Shown: positions 38,401 to 50,900 of the stretch, piece after piece
How the letters are laid out: the number at the start of each line of letters is the position of its first letter
How positions within the stretch are numbered: position 1 is the first letter of the stretch
DNA from: Eledone cirrhosa
Taxonomy: Eukaryota
Direction: 5' to 3'
Assembly (NCBI GenBank): GCA_964016885.1
Contig: OZ024745.1
Location: forward strand, 73,656,001-73,720,000
DNA length: 64,000 bases
Translations under genes and position numbers: made by a program
The notes under the pieces: generated by a model
Databases searched by the model: none
The model's input: only the letters and a program-made list of their open reading frames with translations
Told to the model about the DNA's origin: nothing

Positions 38401-39005
38401 GTATCCGAGTGTAAACACCTAGCCCAGACTCACTATAAAGGCTGGAGACATGATGTGATGGGCAGGGTGATCCACTGGCACCTATGCAAAGTAAACAATT
38501 TGCCACATTCTGAGAAGTGGTATGAGCATAAGCCAGAGTCGGTGATAGAAAACGATCAGGTGAAGGTGCTGTGGGATTTTAGGATACAGACGGACAGGAG
38601 AATGGAACACAATAGACCTGACCTGGTGGTTTTGGACAAGGGAAAAAGATCGTGCCTGATTGTAGATGTAGCCTGTCCATTCGACACGAGAGTGCAAGAG
38701 AAGGAGAGGGAGAAAATTAACCAATACCAGGACATAAAGTGGGAGATAAAAACAGTTTGGAGATGCCATGAAGTCAAAGTGATCCCGATTGTCATAGGCG
38801 CACTAGGTACTATCTCAAAGAGTTTCCAAGGATGGTTAAACAAATTGGCCCCGACCCGCTTTTTGGAACACTTCAAAAGGCATGCTTGCTGGGAACAGCA
38901 AGAACCCTCCGATACGTCCTGAATATATGAGGCTGCAGGTAGTGGCTTGATATTTATTTCAACAAACTTTCTAGTTAAATAACATCAAGACTGAGACTCA
39001 AAGAA
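35446..39005 (+). mobile_element. R4/Dong-type LINE family A, leader truncated, frameshifted
   Basis: ORFs 35894-37573 and 37633-38922 are colinear with 30122-33514; same 3' UTR, followed by AAT repeats. Confidence 0.92.
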
Positions 39006-39018
39006 CAATAATAATAAT

Positions 39019-42000
39019 GATTTCTTTATTGGCCACAAGCGCTGACATCAAGAAAAACATTACAGACGGCACAGGACGGTACAGGACGGTACGATGTGGG
39101 TTTTGTGCGTGTAAATATTTGTTATTATTTATATAAGAAAGGGCGGTGGATTGGCAGTATCGGTAGAGGGTCGGACGCCATGCTTTCAAGCATAGTTACG
39201 TCCCTTTACGATGTGAGTTCAAATCCCGCCGAGGTTGACTTTGCCTTTCATCCTTACGGGGTCGATAAAATAAAGTACCAGTAATGCACTGGGTAATTGC
39301 TGGCCTTGTGCCTAAAGTAGAAACAATTATTCATATAAGAAAAGAAAAAAAAAGGACATAGAAACATATATATATATAAACAATAAAAATTAAAATTGAA
39401 ACAATGAAAAATTCCCCAATAGGGGGAAAACTTCCGAGGGTTATGCGTGGCGAAAACCACACAAAAGACCACGGCCACCCTGACCACCAGGGCAAGCGCC
39501 CTCTCTCAATTTTTCCATTTCTCAAACTACAGACTTATATTTAGAGCGGGCCCGTTCACTCGGACCATTCTCGCTACATTCACCCACCTTTCAACAAACT
39601 TGCTAGAAGACAGCACTTGCCTCTCCACCCTGAATTTCCTCTTCAAGTGAAACTTGAAAAAGTTAATCAGGGATTCGCCGAAGAGGAAAGTGTCTGTCTT
39701 TAACCCTTTAACTTTTTCCACCACAAATCTCTTTCGCCATGGCCACCAGGCAGATGAAAACCGCCTGTCCTTCCTCCTCGAAGGAAGACGGCGAGACCAT
39801 CTGCACAATGGACTCAGTCGATAACCGGATCAGTCCTACACGCGACAGCAACTGTTCGACATAGTTCCACAAGTCAGCAATGCTCGGGCACTGAACGAGT
39901 GCGTGCACGACGGTTTCGTCGCTCTGCGCGCATCTCGGACAGGCTCGGCTGACGGCACTTTCGTGCCTGTAGAGCTTATCTCGAACCGGCAACGCTCCCC
40001 GGTAGCACTGCCAGGCCAGGGATTTTTGGAAGTTATCCATAGGCCCCGGGCTGAAAGTTCTCCGGGAGAGAGCAAACAGCTGATCTTCTTCGACGCCCAG
40101 GATCTCTCCGAGAATGTCGTCGCTCTTCCCCTCCAATAGTCATCTATAGAACGCCTAGGTGGATGTTCCACCGACACTGGTGCCCAGCTGGCAGAGGGCA
40201 GTGAGCGTCTGGAGACATTCCAGTTTCCAAGCGCTATCCCTCGGTCTTTTTCTGACCCAGAACTGCAACTCCGTCAAGGAGACGAGCTGTAGGAAAACGT
40301 GCCTGGTGAACGGCGCCCACACCTGTTCACCGTCAAGGAAGCACCAGATATGTCGCAGCCTCAGCGCATGTTTGCGCATCATCAGCAAATGGCATGCCCA
40401 GCCCTCCACGCAACGGGTGTTGACAGCAGATGGATCGTCTGACCATGGGAGCGCGTCCCTTCCACAAAAAGCGGAAGAGGAGGCGCTCCATTTTGGTGAG
40501 AGTTGGGCTGGAGCAAGGGACGATGGTGAGGCGGTAGCAGATGACGGATGCGATGTACGCATTCGCCACCTCCGCCCGGCCTTTCAGGGACAGTTTCCTC
40601 TCGGCCCATTTCTGGGTGAGGGAGGCCACCCTGCTCGTCACCTTGTGCCAGTTTTTCTCCATCTGGAGGTCCGGTCCGAACCAGACCCCGAGAAATTTAA
40701 CCGGTCCGTCTGTCCAACGGCCCACGACACTGTCGGACGGCATGGACTTTCCTCCCCAGGTGCCGAGCTGCAAGCCAACCGACTTTTCCTGGTTTATCTT
40801 TGCTCCTGTCACGGCTTCGTATTCCTTGAGAGCGGTGCCGAGCATCTGGACGTGTCTGGTGCTCGACACCACCATGGTGACGTCGTCAGCGTAGGCCGAC
40901 TCGGATTTCCCGCATCCTAGTTCGCGTGGGACGCCCCTCATCGCCCCCAGTTTGTGCAGTAACGGCTCGAGAGCCAATATGTACAAGAGGGACGAGAGGT
41001 GACAACCCTGGCGGACTGAGCGCATGATGCTGAACGGCTGCGACAGATGACCGTTCACCCTCACAACTGAGCAGATGTCGCTGTACATCGCTGCGATCCA
41101 ACCCCTGAAAACGGGCCCGAAACCGGCTGCCTCGAGGACCGCCGCCAGGTACCGATGGTCGACCCTATCGAATGCTTTGGATTGATCCAAGTTGATCAGG
41201 GCCCCACCCGTGCCAGGTTCCTTAACCACCCTCTCTATGATGTATCGCATGAGGTGGAGGTTGTCGTGTATGGATCTGTCCGGAATGGCGCATGTCTGCG
41301 CCTCTCCCACCAGACCCTTGACGACAAGCGCCAATCTCGTTGCTAACACCTTGGCCAAAATCTTGAACTCTGCGTTTAGCAGGGTTATGGGCCTGAAATT
41401 ATCGATAACATCCCCCTTGTTCGGGTCTTTTCTCAGCAGCGCCACTCCTCCCCGGCTCACAAAACTCGGAATGCTCCCGTTCTGCTGCCAGTTGCAGTAG
41501 ACGTCTGCCAAGAGGTCACCGAACAAGTCTGGCATAAATGCATAAAGCTCGTAGGGCAGACCATCCAAACCTGACGATTTACCCCTTGTGCAGTTAGCCA
41601 TCGCTTCCCGTATTTCACCGGCTGTTATTGGCTTTTCGCAACACTGTGCTACGGTCGTCGAGAGCCGAGACAGTCCGTCGAGGTATGCACTGAAGTCCAT
41701 GCCCCGATCCGAGCCGCCGCTGCTCCCGAACAGTTCAGAAAGTGCTACTGAAAAGCTTCACACATCCGCTCGGGTTCGAGCATCACGCACCCGTTTTGGT
41801 CAGACAAAGACCGAATTGTGTCTTTGTTGCCACGTCGCGCCTCTGCCACCCGGGCCCATTGGACGGCTTTTCCCCCTCGTGTTTCAGAGCACGCGCTCTA
41901 GCTCTGACAACGCAGCCTTCGTGTTTTGCGTTGAAGAACTGGTCGAGTGCCAATCTCGCCGCAAGCACGTCGGTTGCGATACCTGTCCTAAACGCCTCTT

Positions 42001-43768
42001 CTAGCTTTCTGACTAGCTCTCCTTCTACTCTATTTTCCTCTATCACTACTCCTTTGCTAAACTTAATCGACTCTACTTTAATTGCCTTTTTCAGGGCGAA
42101 CCACCACCTGTTGTTGACGACCGCTCCCGTCAACGCCCGCTTAACTAATGCGCTAATCCGGTCTCTGTAGGTTTTGCCCGCCGGGAAAGACGCGTTCAGC
42201 TTCCAGTAACCAGGCCCTTGTCTATGAAGTCTGTCTATGTCGATCTCACAGATCACAAATTTGTGGTCTGTGTAGTCGACTATTTTAAATTGTGGTCAAC
42301 TTATACTAGCCTTATCTAGTTCTCTGCAGAATACCCTATCGAGATACGATCTGGATGACCCGATACGGTTTGTCCATGTCTACATTGGCACATTCGGGTG
42401 ATCCAGTCGATACCTGTCAGACAGTTCAAAACGCCTGAGCAGGTTGGTGAGGCTCTTGCACCCTCCTCCCCTATCCACTAGCCCCACACAATCCCAGCGT
42501 GCATCCAAGATACCGTTCCAGTCGCCCACTAACACTAAAGAGCGGAACGTTCCAAGAAAGGTCTCTAGACGTCTGAAGAAATCTGGCCGTCCTGCCCCTG
42601 TTGGGGCGTAGACGGCTACTAGCCTGAAAGCATTGCCTTCGCTGCCGGTCACGTCCAGCACCATCGACTTACCTTCTGGGTCTAGGAAGATGGCCCGTAT
42701 GGCGAGATCCAAGCCTCTCCGAAAAAGGACGGCAACCCCTCCCCCGATCCTGGACGGCTGGGAGATGCGTATACATCGTAGCAGCCGAAGATCGGTGCGA
42801 AGGCTTGTGCTTCGGAGATTCTGGTCTCACTGATGGCCACCACATCTATGTTTAGTGACCTGAGGTTGTTGAGCATGTGACCCTGCTTCCAAGATAACCC
42901 CAGGCCACGTGCATTTATACTGCCTATTCTGAGTACGGCCATGTTGGATGAGAAACGAGGCAAGTGAGAAAGGGTCACTTACCTTGATCGGGTGGTGAAG
43001 GGACAGTAGAACCGCCCCTTTCGCTGGTCATGGGTGTTTCCAAGAGGATGTCAGTGTATCTCCTCTTGGTAACCAACCCTCTGAAGTCTCCAAATGCGTT
43101 GGGGAATTTTTGTTTTAAAGGTTTGTAGTGTTCTATTGAGATTTCAATGATGCTTATGTTGGAGAGTTCTTGGTGTTGGTGGGGTGTAGTAGTTTTTTTC
43201 TGTGATGTCTGTGTGCTGCTTTATATATTGCATGAGTTCTTTTTTTGCCATGTTTATGGCTGTGTACTTTTTGGGGGAGGGGTGATTTTGTTGCTGTTTT
43301 CTTCTTGTTGCTGTCTGGTGTGAGTGTCTTGTTGTGTTTGCGTTGTTGGTGTTTTTGGTGATGCTGGTGGTGGTGTGGTTGTTGTTGTCAGTGGTGCTTG
43401 TGGTGGTGATGGTGGTGGTGTTGCTGCAAGTTTCCTTGCTGCCTTTACCCCTCTTTGTATGCCTTCGCTTTTGGAGGGTGAATCTAAGGGTTTTTATGTT
43501 TTTTGTTTTTTGTGACAGACCGTTTGCCACTTCACTCTCGCCTCAAACTCCATGTCGGCTTCTGTGGCGTCTGGGAGGGGTATGTGCTCCACGGATGTTG
43601 GTGGTGGTAGTGGAGCCCTCTTCAGCAATTTTGTTACTGGTGTAGCTACTTCATATGTAGCTATTGGTGTTTCCGCCACTGATAATGCTGCTTTAGTTGT
43701 CCGTGGCCTTTAGTTGACCCACTGAGATAACATTTTGGCTGTCTTCCTTCTACACTTATAGGGAGTTG
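39019..43768 (-). mobile_element. Tx1-type LINE T2 (diverged subfamily), 5'-truncated in ORF1, disrupted
   Basis: APE (42380-42978), RT FRPITLLN, DQSKAFD, SVRQGC, AYADD (40333-41700), CPRC..H..C; 3' end CTTGTGGCCAATAAAGAAATC-ATT. Confidence 0.9.
39141..39330 (+). mobile_element. SINE family S inserted in the T2 3' UTR
   Basis: Full SINE; ATATAAGAAA duplicated at 39131-39140 and 39333-39342. Confidence 0.9.
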
Positions 43769-43769
43769 C

Positions 43770-46700
43770 CTCAGCAAGCGACAACGCATCACATTACAGC
43801 ATAGGGCCCCAGTATTTAATATTAAATTTTGGATCAGAAATGATATAGTTGAAAATGAGAAAATGGCTAAGTGGACAGACAGGCAAATCATTTCACCACC
43901 AACACCACCACCGCCACCATCACCACTACCACCACTACCACGCCAAAAACTCTGGTCAAGTTGCCTCAACTTCTATTTCAACTTCAACTTCAACACCATC
44001 ACTACAGTACTACGATCACATCACCACCACCACTACCTCATTATCGCTACCGCCGCTATTCTCTCCCACTACCTCCTGCTAAGTACTACTAGCACATCAC
44101 CACCACCACCACCACCACTGCCTCATTATCGCTACCGCCGCTATTCTTTCCCACTATCTCCTGCTAAGACAGGCATCGTAGTTTTCCCACTAAATGAGGA
44201 AGGCATCAAAAGATATAAATAGACTGATTTGATGACCCGGTCAAAAAATAAAAAAATAAAAATTCAAAATCAAAACAGCACAGCAGCAACGAAAAACGTA
44301 AAGAAAAGAAAAAAGAAAAGAAAAACAAACAGACAGACAGACAAGCAAAAAAAAAAACTAAGTCAGACATTCAAACATTACATTACAAAGAAACTTATGC
44401 GGATTTTTGGGGGTTTTTACCTATTTGTTTGTTTGTTTATTTATGTTCGTCTACAGCGTGATAGTGCCACGCTAAAATCACTGAGGGTGATCAAATCACC
44501 GGAGGTGATGAAATCACCGGTGGTTATGTAACCATACATTCACCAATCCTCGATAAGAGTGTTTCAATGTCGAACCTAAACAGTTCGAATAACGGTGAAG
44601 TGGAGACTGGAATGCCATGTGACAGACTCTCACCCTGCAGGTGCTTACTGGCTCAGCAGCAGGGACCTGGCTGTCAACCAAATACTGCTGGTGTCGGAGG
44701 AAGAAGAAGAAGGAAAGGGACCAGAACCAACTGGACGAAAGAATTGAATAGAACTGTTATGCAATGTTACCTGAAAAGTAACCCCAAGGAAAAAGGCTAT
44801 AGGAAACGGATGCATAACATCTGGAACGAGATTGGCCTATTTAAATTACATGAACAAAAATTGGCCGGGCAGGCTCGAGTAATAAGAACTAATGGGTGGA
44901 TAAGCGAGCTGGAACTGGAGGAACTGAGCAGAGAGATTAGGTTGGAAATGGAGAGTGGAGTATGCCAGGCAAATGAGCCAGTGGGAAATAAAGGTGAAGA
45001 AGTTGAGAGAACGGAGGAAGCATCCGAAGCAGACAATGATCTGAATGCTGAAATAAATAATACCTGGAACAAAGATACGGCCATTGAGGAGATGAATGCT
45101 GACGGGCTAGCACAAGATTTGGTTGATATCCTAAACTTAGTGGTAGATGAAATGAAAAATGATAGTGGAAAACCTATGAACCTAAGATTTGTAGACAGGA
45201 AAAAGTTAAAAGAAACAACAGCTAAGGTAAACAAAGTCATCCCATACCTTGAGGCGAGGAGCCTCCACCAGTGCAACAATATCCTCAAAGCAACAGCAAA
45301 TGCGGTGAGGAAATTACTTGGCATAAAAGCGAGAGGAAACAACAAACAAGAAAGATCAGAACCTTGGTGGAAGAAACGACTGAATGGTCAAATCAGGGAA
45401 ATGAGAAATGACATTGGAAAGCTTGAGTCCCTACTGAATGGGAAACTACAAAACATAGACACTAAAAATAGACTGGAAATAAAGTACAAAACTAGGAGGA
45501 AAAGCTAAATATTATCATAGAGGAACTAAAGCAACGGATTGTAGCAAAGAGTGCAAAAATTAGGCGATACGAGAGCAGAGTCAGTCAGTATAGACAGAAC
45601 CGCATGTTTGACAACAGCCAGAAGATGTTGTTTGGACAGCTTGAAGGAAAAGAAAGAGGCAGAACAAACTAAGACATTCTGGATAGGAATATAGGAGCAG
45701 GATGTTAAATATAATGACCAGGCAGTGTGGATTGAGACAGTACAAAAGGAGATTAGTGAACAGGCACACCAACAAACTGATTTGAGTATCACAGTTGAAA
45801 CTCTTAAGGGGCAGGCCAAAAAACTAACCAACTGGAAATCACCAGGCCCAGATGGTTTGCAGGGGTATTGGATTAAAATTATAACATCACTCCACCCGAA
45901 ACTGACAACCATGTTCAATGACTGCTTGATGTCAGGTGATGTACCAGAGTGATTGACAAAAGGTACCACAGTTCTGGTAATGAAAGACCGAATCAAGGGT
46001 AATGATGTTACCAACTATAGACCTATCACATGTCTGTCCGTAATGTGGAAACTGTTGACAAGCATTATGTCTGAGGAAATCTACCATCACCTCCACACAA
46101 ACAACTTGTTACCGGACGAACAGAAAGGATGCCGAAAGAAGTCCCGTGGTACAAAGGACCAGTTACTTATTGATAAGATAGTAATGAGGAATTGCAAGAG
46201 GAGACACACTGGTCTTGCCATGGGATGGATAGACTACAAAAAGGCATTTGACATGGTACCTCATTCTTGGATCACCAAATGTCTAGAGAACTTCAGGGTG
46301 GCAGATAATATCAGACAGTTGTTGAGCAAAAGTATGAAGTCCTGGAAAACAGAGTTAACATCAGCTGGAAAATCCTTGGGAGGCGTGAAGATCAAGAGAG
46401 GTATCTTCCAGGGAGATAGTCTGTCCCCTCTTTTGTTTGTCCTTGCCCTGAATACATTCGGAGAGTAAGGAGCGTATTAAAGTCACATCTGAACAGTAGG
46501 AATGCCATAAGTGCAGTAAATTCCCGAGCTGTGTCTATTATTAGGTACAGTGCGGGAATTCTGAGATGGAATGTTGCTGAACAAAAAGAAATGGATAGGA
46601 AGACTAGGAATCTATTGACTATCTACAACATGTTCCACAAGAGGAGTGATGTCGATAGATTCTACTTAAGGAGATCTGAAGGTGGAAGAGGTCTTATCAG

Positions 46701-47680
46701 CATAGAGGACTATGTTCAGATGGAAAAATATAACCTACACAAATACGTGACTGATAGTAAAGAGCCAATGCTCAGAATTGTACTCAAGGAGAGGACAATA
46801 GACCAGGGGATATCCAAGGAGGAAATAACAACAAGGAGAAAGAGCAGCCTTCATGAAAAATCCCTTCATAGTACCTTCTTTGAGAAAACTGAATTCAGAG
46901 ATCCACAGACATGGAACTGGTTGAAAAGAGGAGACCTTAAAAAGGCTACAGAAGGAATGCTAATGGCTGCGCAAGAGCAGGCCCTCAAAGCGAAGTGGCT
47001 GAAACACCATATTTACGAGGAGGAGGCTAGCCCACTGTGCAGGATCTGTGGAGAGAGAGAGGAGACTGTGGCTCACATTGTATCCGAGTGTAAACACCTA
47101 GCCCAGACTCACTATAAAGGCTGGAGACATGATGTGATGGGCAGGGTGATCCACTGGCACCTATGCAAAGTGAACAATTTACCACATTCTGAGAAGTGGT
47201 ATGAGCATAAGCCAGAGTCGGTGATAGAAAACGATCAGGTGAAGGTGCTGTGGGATTTTAGGATACAGACGGACAAGAAACTGGAACACAATAGACCAGA
47301 CCTGGTGGTTTTGGACAAGGAAAAAAGATCGTGCCTGATTGTAGATGTGGCCTGCCCATTCGACACGAGAGTGCAAGAGAAGGAGAAAATTAACCGATAC
47401 CAGGACTTAAAGTGGGAGGTAAAAAGGATTTGGAACTGCCTTGAAGTGAAAGTGGTCCTGATTGTCATAGGCGCACTAGGTACTATTTCAAAAAGTTTCC
47501 AGGGATGGTTAAAGAAAATTGGCCCCGCGCCGCTTTTGGGAACACTTAAAAAGGCATGCTTGTGGGAACAGCAAGAACCCTCCGATACGTCCTGAATATC
47601 AGAGGCTGCAGGTAGTGGCTTGATATTCATTTCAACAAACTTTGCAGTTAACTAACATCAATGACTGAGACTCAAAGAAC
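43770..47680 (+). mobile_element. R4/Dong-type LINE family A with an internal RT deletion
   Basis: ORF starts MSNLNSS at 44567; several disablements; the FMDD region is lost at 46448-46451. Confidence 0.92.
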
Positions 47681-47689
47681 AATAATGAT

Positions 47690-47876
47690 AATTGTTTCTA
47701 CTTTAGGCACAAGGCCAGCAATTACTCAGTACATTACTGGTACTTTATTTTATCGACCCCGTAAGGATGAAAGGCAAAGTTTATCTCGGCGGGATTTGAA
47801 CTCAGAATGGCAAGGGTCGTAACTCTATGGGTCAAAGCATGGCGTCCAACCTTCTACCGATACTGCCAATCCACCA
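47690..47876 (-). mobile_element. SINE family S
   Basis: Reverse complement of the SINE, between AAT tracts. Confidence 0.88.
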
Positions 47877-47917
47877 CAATAATAATAATAATATTAATAA
47901 TAATAATAATAATAATA

Positions 47918-47983
47918 ATTGTTTCTACTTTAGGCACAAGGCCAGCAATCACCCAGTGCATTACTGGTACTTTATTTTATCGA
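47918..47983 (-). mobile_element. SINE family S 3' fragment fused to the T3 3' end
   Basis: Minus strand TCGATAAAATAAAGTACCAG...TAGAAACAATT directly follows the Tx1 AATAAAGAAA plus 3 nt. Confidence 0.85.
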
Positions 47984-47986
47984 TAC

Positions 47987-50900
47987 TTTCTTTATTAACC
48001 ACAATGGTTTACATAAATTAGACATTAAGGACAGTACAGGACAATACAGGACGGTATAAATGGGCATTTCTGCGTGTAAAAAACAAAAACAGAGGATGTA
48101 ACAAAAAAGAACAATGAAAAAATTCCCAAATAGGGGGGAGACATCCGAGGGACATTTGTGGAGAAAGACCATTAAAAAGCCACAGTGACCCTGACCACCA
48201 GGGCAAGTGCCCTCTCCCAGTTTTCCACCATAATTTACAGACAGATACTCAGACTAGGCCCATTCACTCGGGCCATTTTTGCTTCTCTCACCCATCTTTC
48301 AACAAAATGCTGGGAAGAGAGCACCTCCCTCTCTACCCTGATTTTCCTTTTCAAATGAAATTTGAAAAAGTTAATCAGGGCATCACCGAAGAGGTAAGTG
48401 CTCGTCTTCAGCCCTTTCAAATGTGTCCACCATATTATGTCTTTCGCCATGGCTACCAGACAGATAAAAATTGCCTGCCCTTCCCGGCTAAAAGAGAAGG
48501 GGAGGGGGGCAATCCTCACGATGGACTCAGCTGATAGCAGGTGTTCGACATAAACCCACAAGTCAGCAATGCTCGGACATTGGACGAGTGCCTGCAAGAC
48601 GGTTTCGTCGCCCTGCGCGCATCTCGGACATGCCCAGCTGACGGCACCTCCATGCCTGTAGAGGTTATCCCGAACTGGCACACCTCCTCGGTAGCACTGA
48701 GTAGCCAGGGATTTCTGGAAGTTGTCCATAGGCCCCGGCCCGAAAGTTCTTCCGAAGAGATTGGCTAGTTGATTTTCGTCGACGTCTAGAGTTTTCCCAA
48801 GTACGTCGTCACACTTCCTCTCCACTAATCCTCTATAGAACGCCGAGATGGAGTTTCTACCGATCACATTGCCGGATTGGTCGAGGGCTGTGAGCGCCTG
48901 AAGACATTCCAGTCTCCAAGCGCTCCCTTTCGGTCTTCGCTTGACCCAGGACTGCAGCTCCGTCAAGGAGACGAGCTGGGGAAAGACGTGTCTAGCAAAC
49001 GGCAACCACACCTGATCACCGTCGAGGAAGAGGTGGAGATGTCGTAGCCTGAGCGCGTGCCTGCGCATCATCAGCCACGGCATGTCCAGCCCTCCACGTA
49101 CCGGGTGTTGACAGCAGATGGACCGCCTGACCATCGGAGCGCGTCCCTTCCACAAAAAGCGAAAGAGCAAACGCTCCAGCACAGTCAGGCGGGGCTTAGG
49201 ACAAGGTACGACGGTCAGGCGGTAGTAGATGACGGACGTGATGTACGCGTTAGCCACCTCCGCTCGACCTTTCAGGGATAGCTCCCTCTCGGCCCATTTC
49301 TGGGTGAGAGAAGCCACCCTGCTCGTCACCTCGTCCCAGTTTTTGTCCGACGACCGCTGTTGGACGGCATGGACCTGCCTCTCCAGGTGCCGAGCTGCAG
49401 GCCCACTGACTTTTCCTGGTTGATCATTGCTCCTGTCACTGCTTTGTATTCTCTTAGTGTAGTACCGATCGCCTCGATGTGTTTGGCGTTCGACACCACT
49501 ACGGTGACATCGTCCGCATATGCTGACACGGATCTTCCGCATCCTAGTTCGCGCGGGACCCCCCTCAACGTCTCCAGTTTGTGCAGTAATGGCTCGAGAG
49601 TCAATACGTACAAGAGGGACGAGAGGGGACATCCTTGGCGAACCGAGCGCATGATGTTGAACGGTTCCGAAAGGTGACCGTTCACTCTCACCAGAGAGCA
49701 GATGTCGCTGTGCATGGCAGCGATCCAGCCTCTGAAGACAGGACCAAAGCCAGCCGCCCTCAGGACTGCCGCTAGGTAACGATGGTCGACCCTATCGAAA
49801 GCTTTCGACTGATCTAAATTGATCAAGGACCCACCCGTGCCAGGTTCCCTAGCTACCCTCTCTACGATGTATCGCATGAGGTGGAGGTTGTCGTGGATGG
49901 ATCAGTCGGGAATGGCGCATGTCTGAGCCTCTCCCACCACCAGACCACCAACGACAAGCACGAACCTCTTTGCTAGAACCTTGTCCAAAATCTTGAACTC
50001 TGTGTTTAGCAGAATTATGGGCCGGTAATTATCTATGTTATCCCCCTTGTTCGGACCCTTTCTCAGCAGCGACACCGCTCCTCGGCTCACACAGCTGGGA
50101 ATTCTCCCGTTCTGTTGCCAGTTACAGTAGACGTCCGCCTAGAGGCCTCCGAACAAGTCTGGAATATGTACGTAAAGTTCATAGGGTAGACCATCCAAAA
50201 CCAGGCGATTTAACCCTTGTGCAACCAGTCATTGCCTCCCGTACTTCAGCGGCTGTTATCATATTTTCGCAACACTCCGCCTCAGTCGCTGAGAGCCGCG
50301 GCACTCCGTCGAGGTAGACACTAAGTCCATCCCTCGATCTGGCCCGCCGCTGCCCCCGAACAACTGTGCGAAGTGTCGCTGAAAAGCTTCACACATTTTC
50401 CCGGGATCGAGTAACATGCACCCGTCGTGGTCCACCAAAACCGTATCGTGGCTTTGTTGCCACGACGCGCCTCCGCCACTCGGGCCCATTGAATGGCTTT
50501 CGTCCCCTCGTGTCTGAGAGCACGCCCCCTACCTCTGACAACGCAACCTTCGTGCTTTGCATTGAAGAATTGGTCAAGGGCCAATTTCGCCGCAAGTACG
50601 TCGGTCGCGATGCCTTTGCGAAGCGCCTCGTCTAATTTTTTAACTAGTTCTCCCTCTGCTCTATTTTTCTCTATAGCTAAAGCCTTACTAAGCCTAATGG
50701 ACTCTATTATAATCGCTCTTTTCAGAGCAAACCACCACTTGTTGTTGACGATGGCCCCGTCAACGCTCACTTAACTAGTTCGCTAATCCTGTCTCTGTAG
50801 GTCTTGCACGCTGGTAAGGACGCGTTTAGCTTCCAGTAGCCGGGTCCTCGTCTATGAAGCCTATCTAAGTCAAGCACACAGATCACGAATTTGTGGTCCA

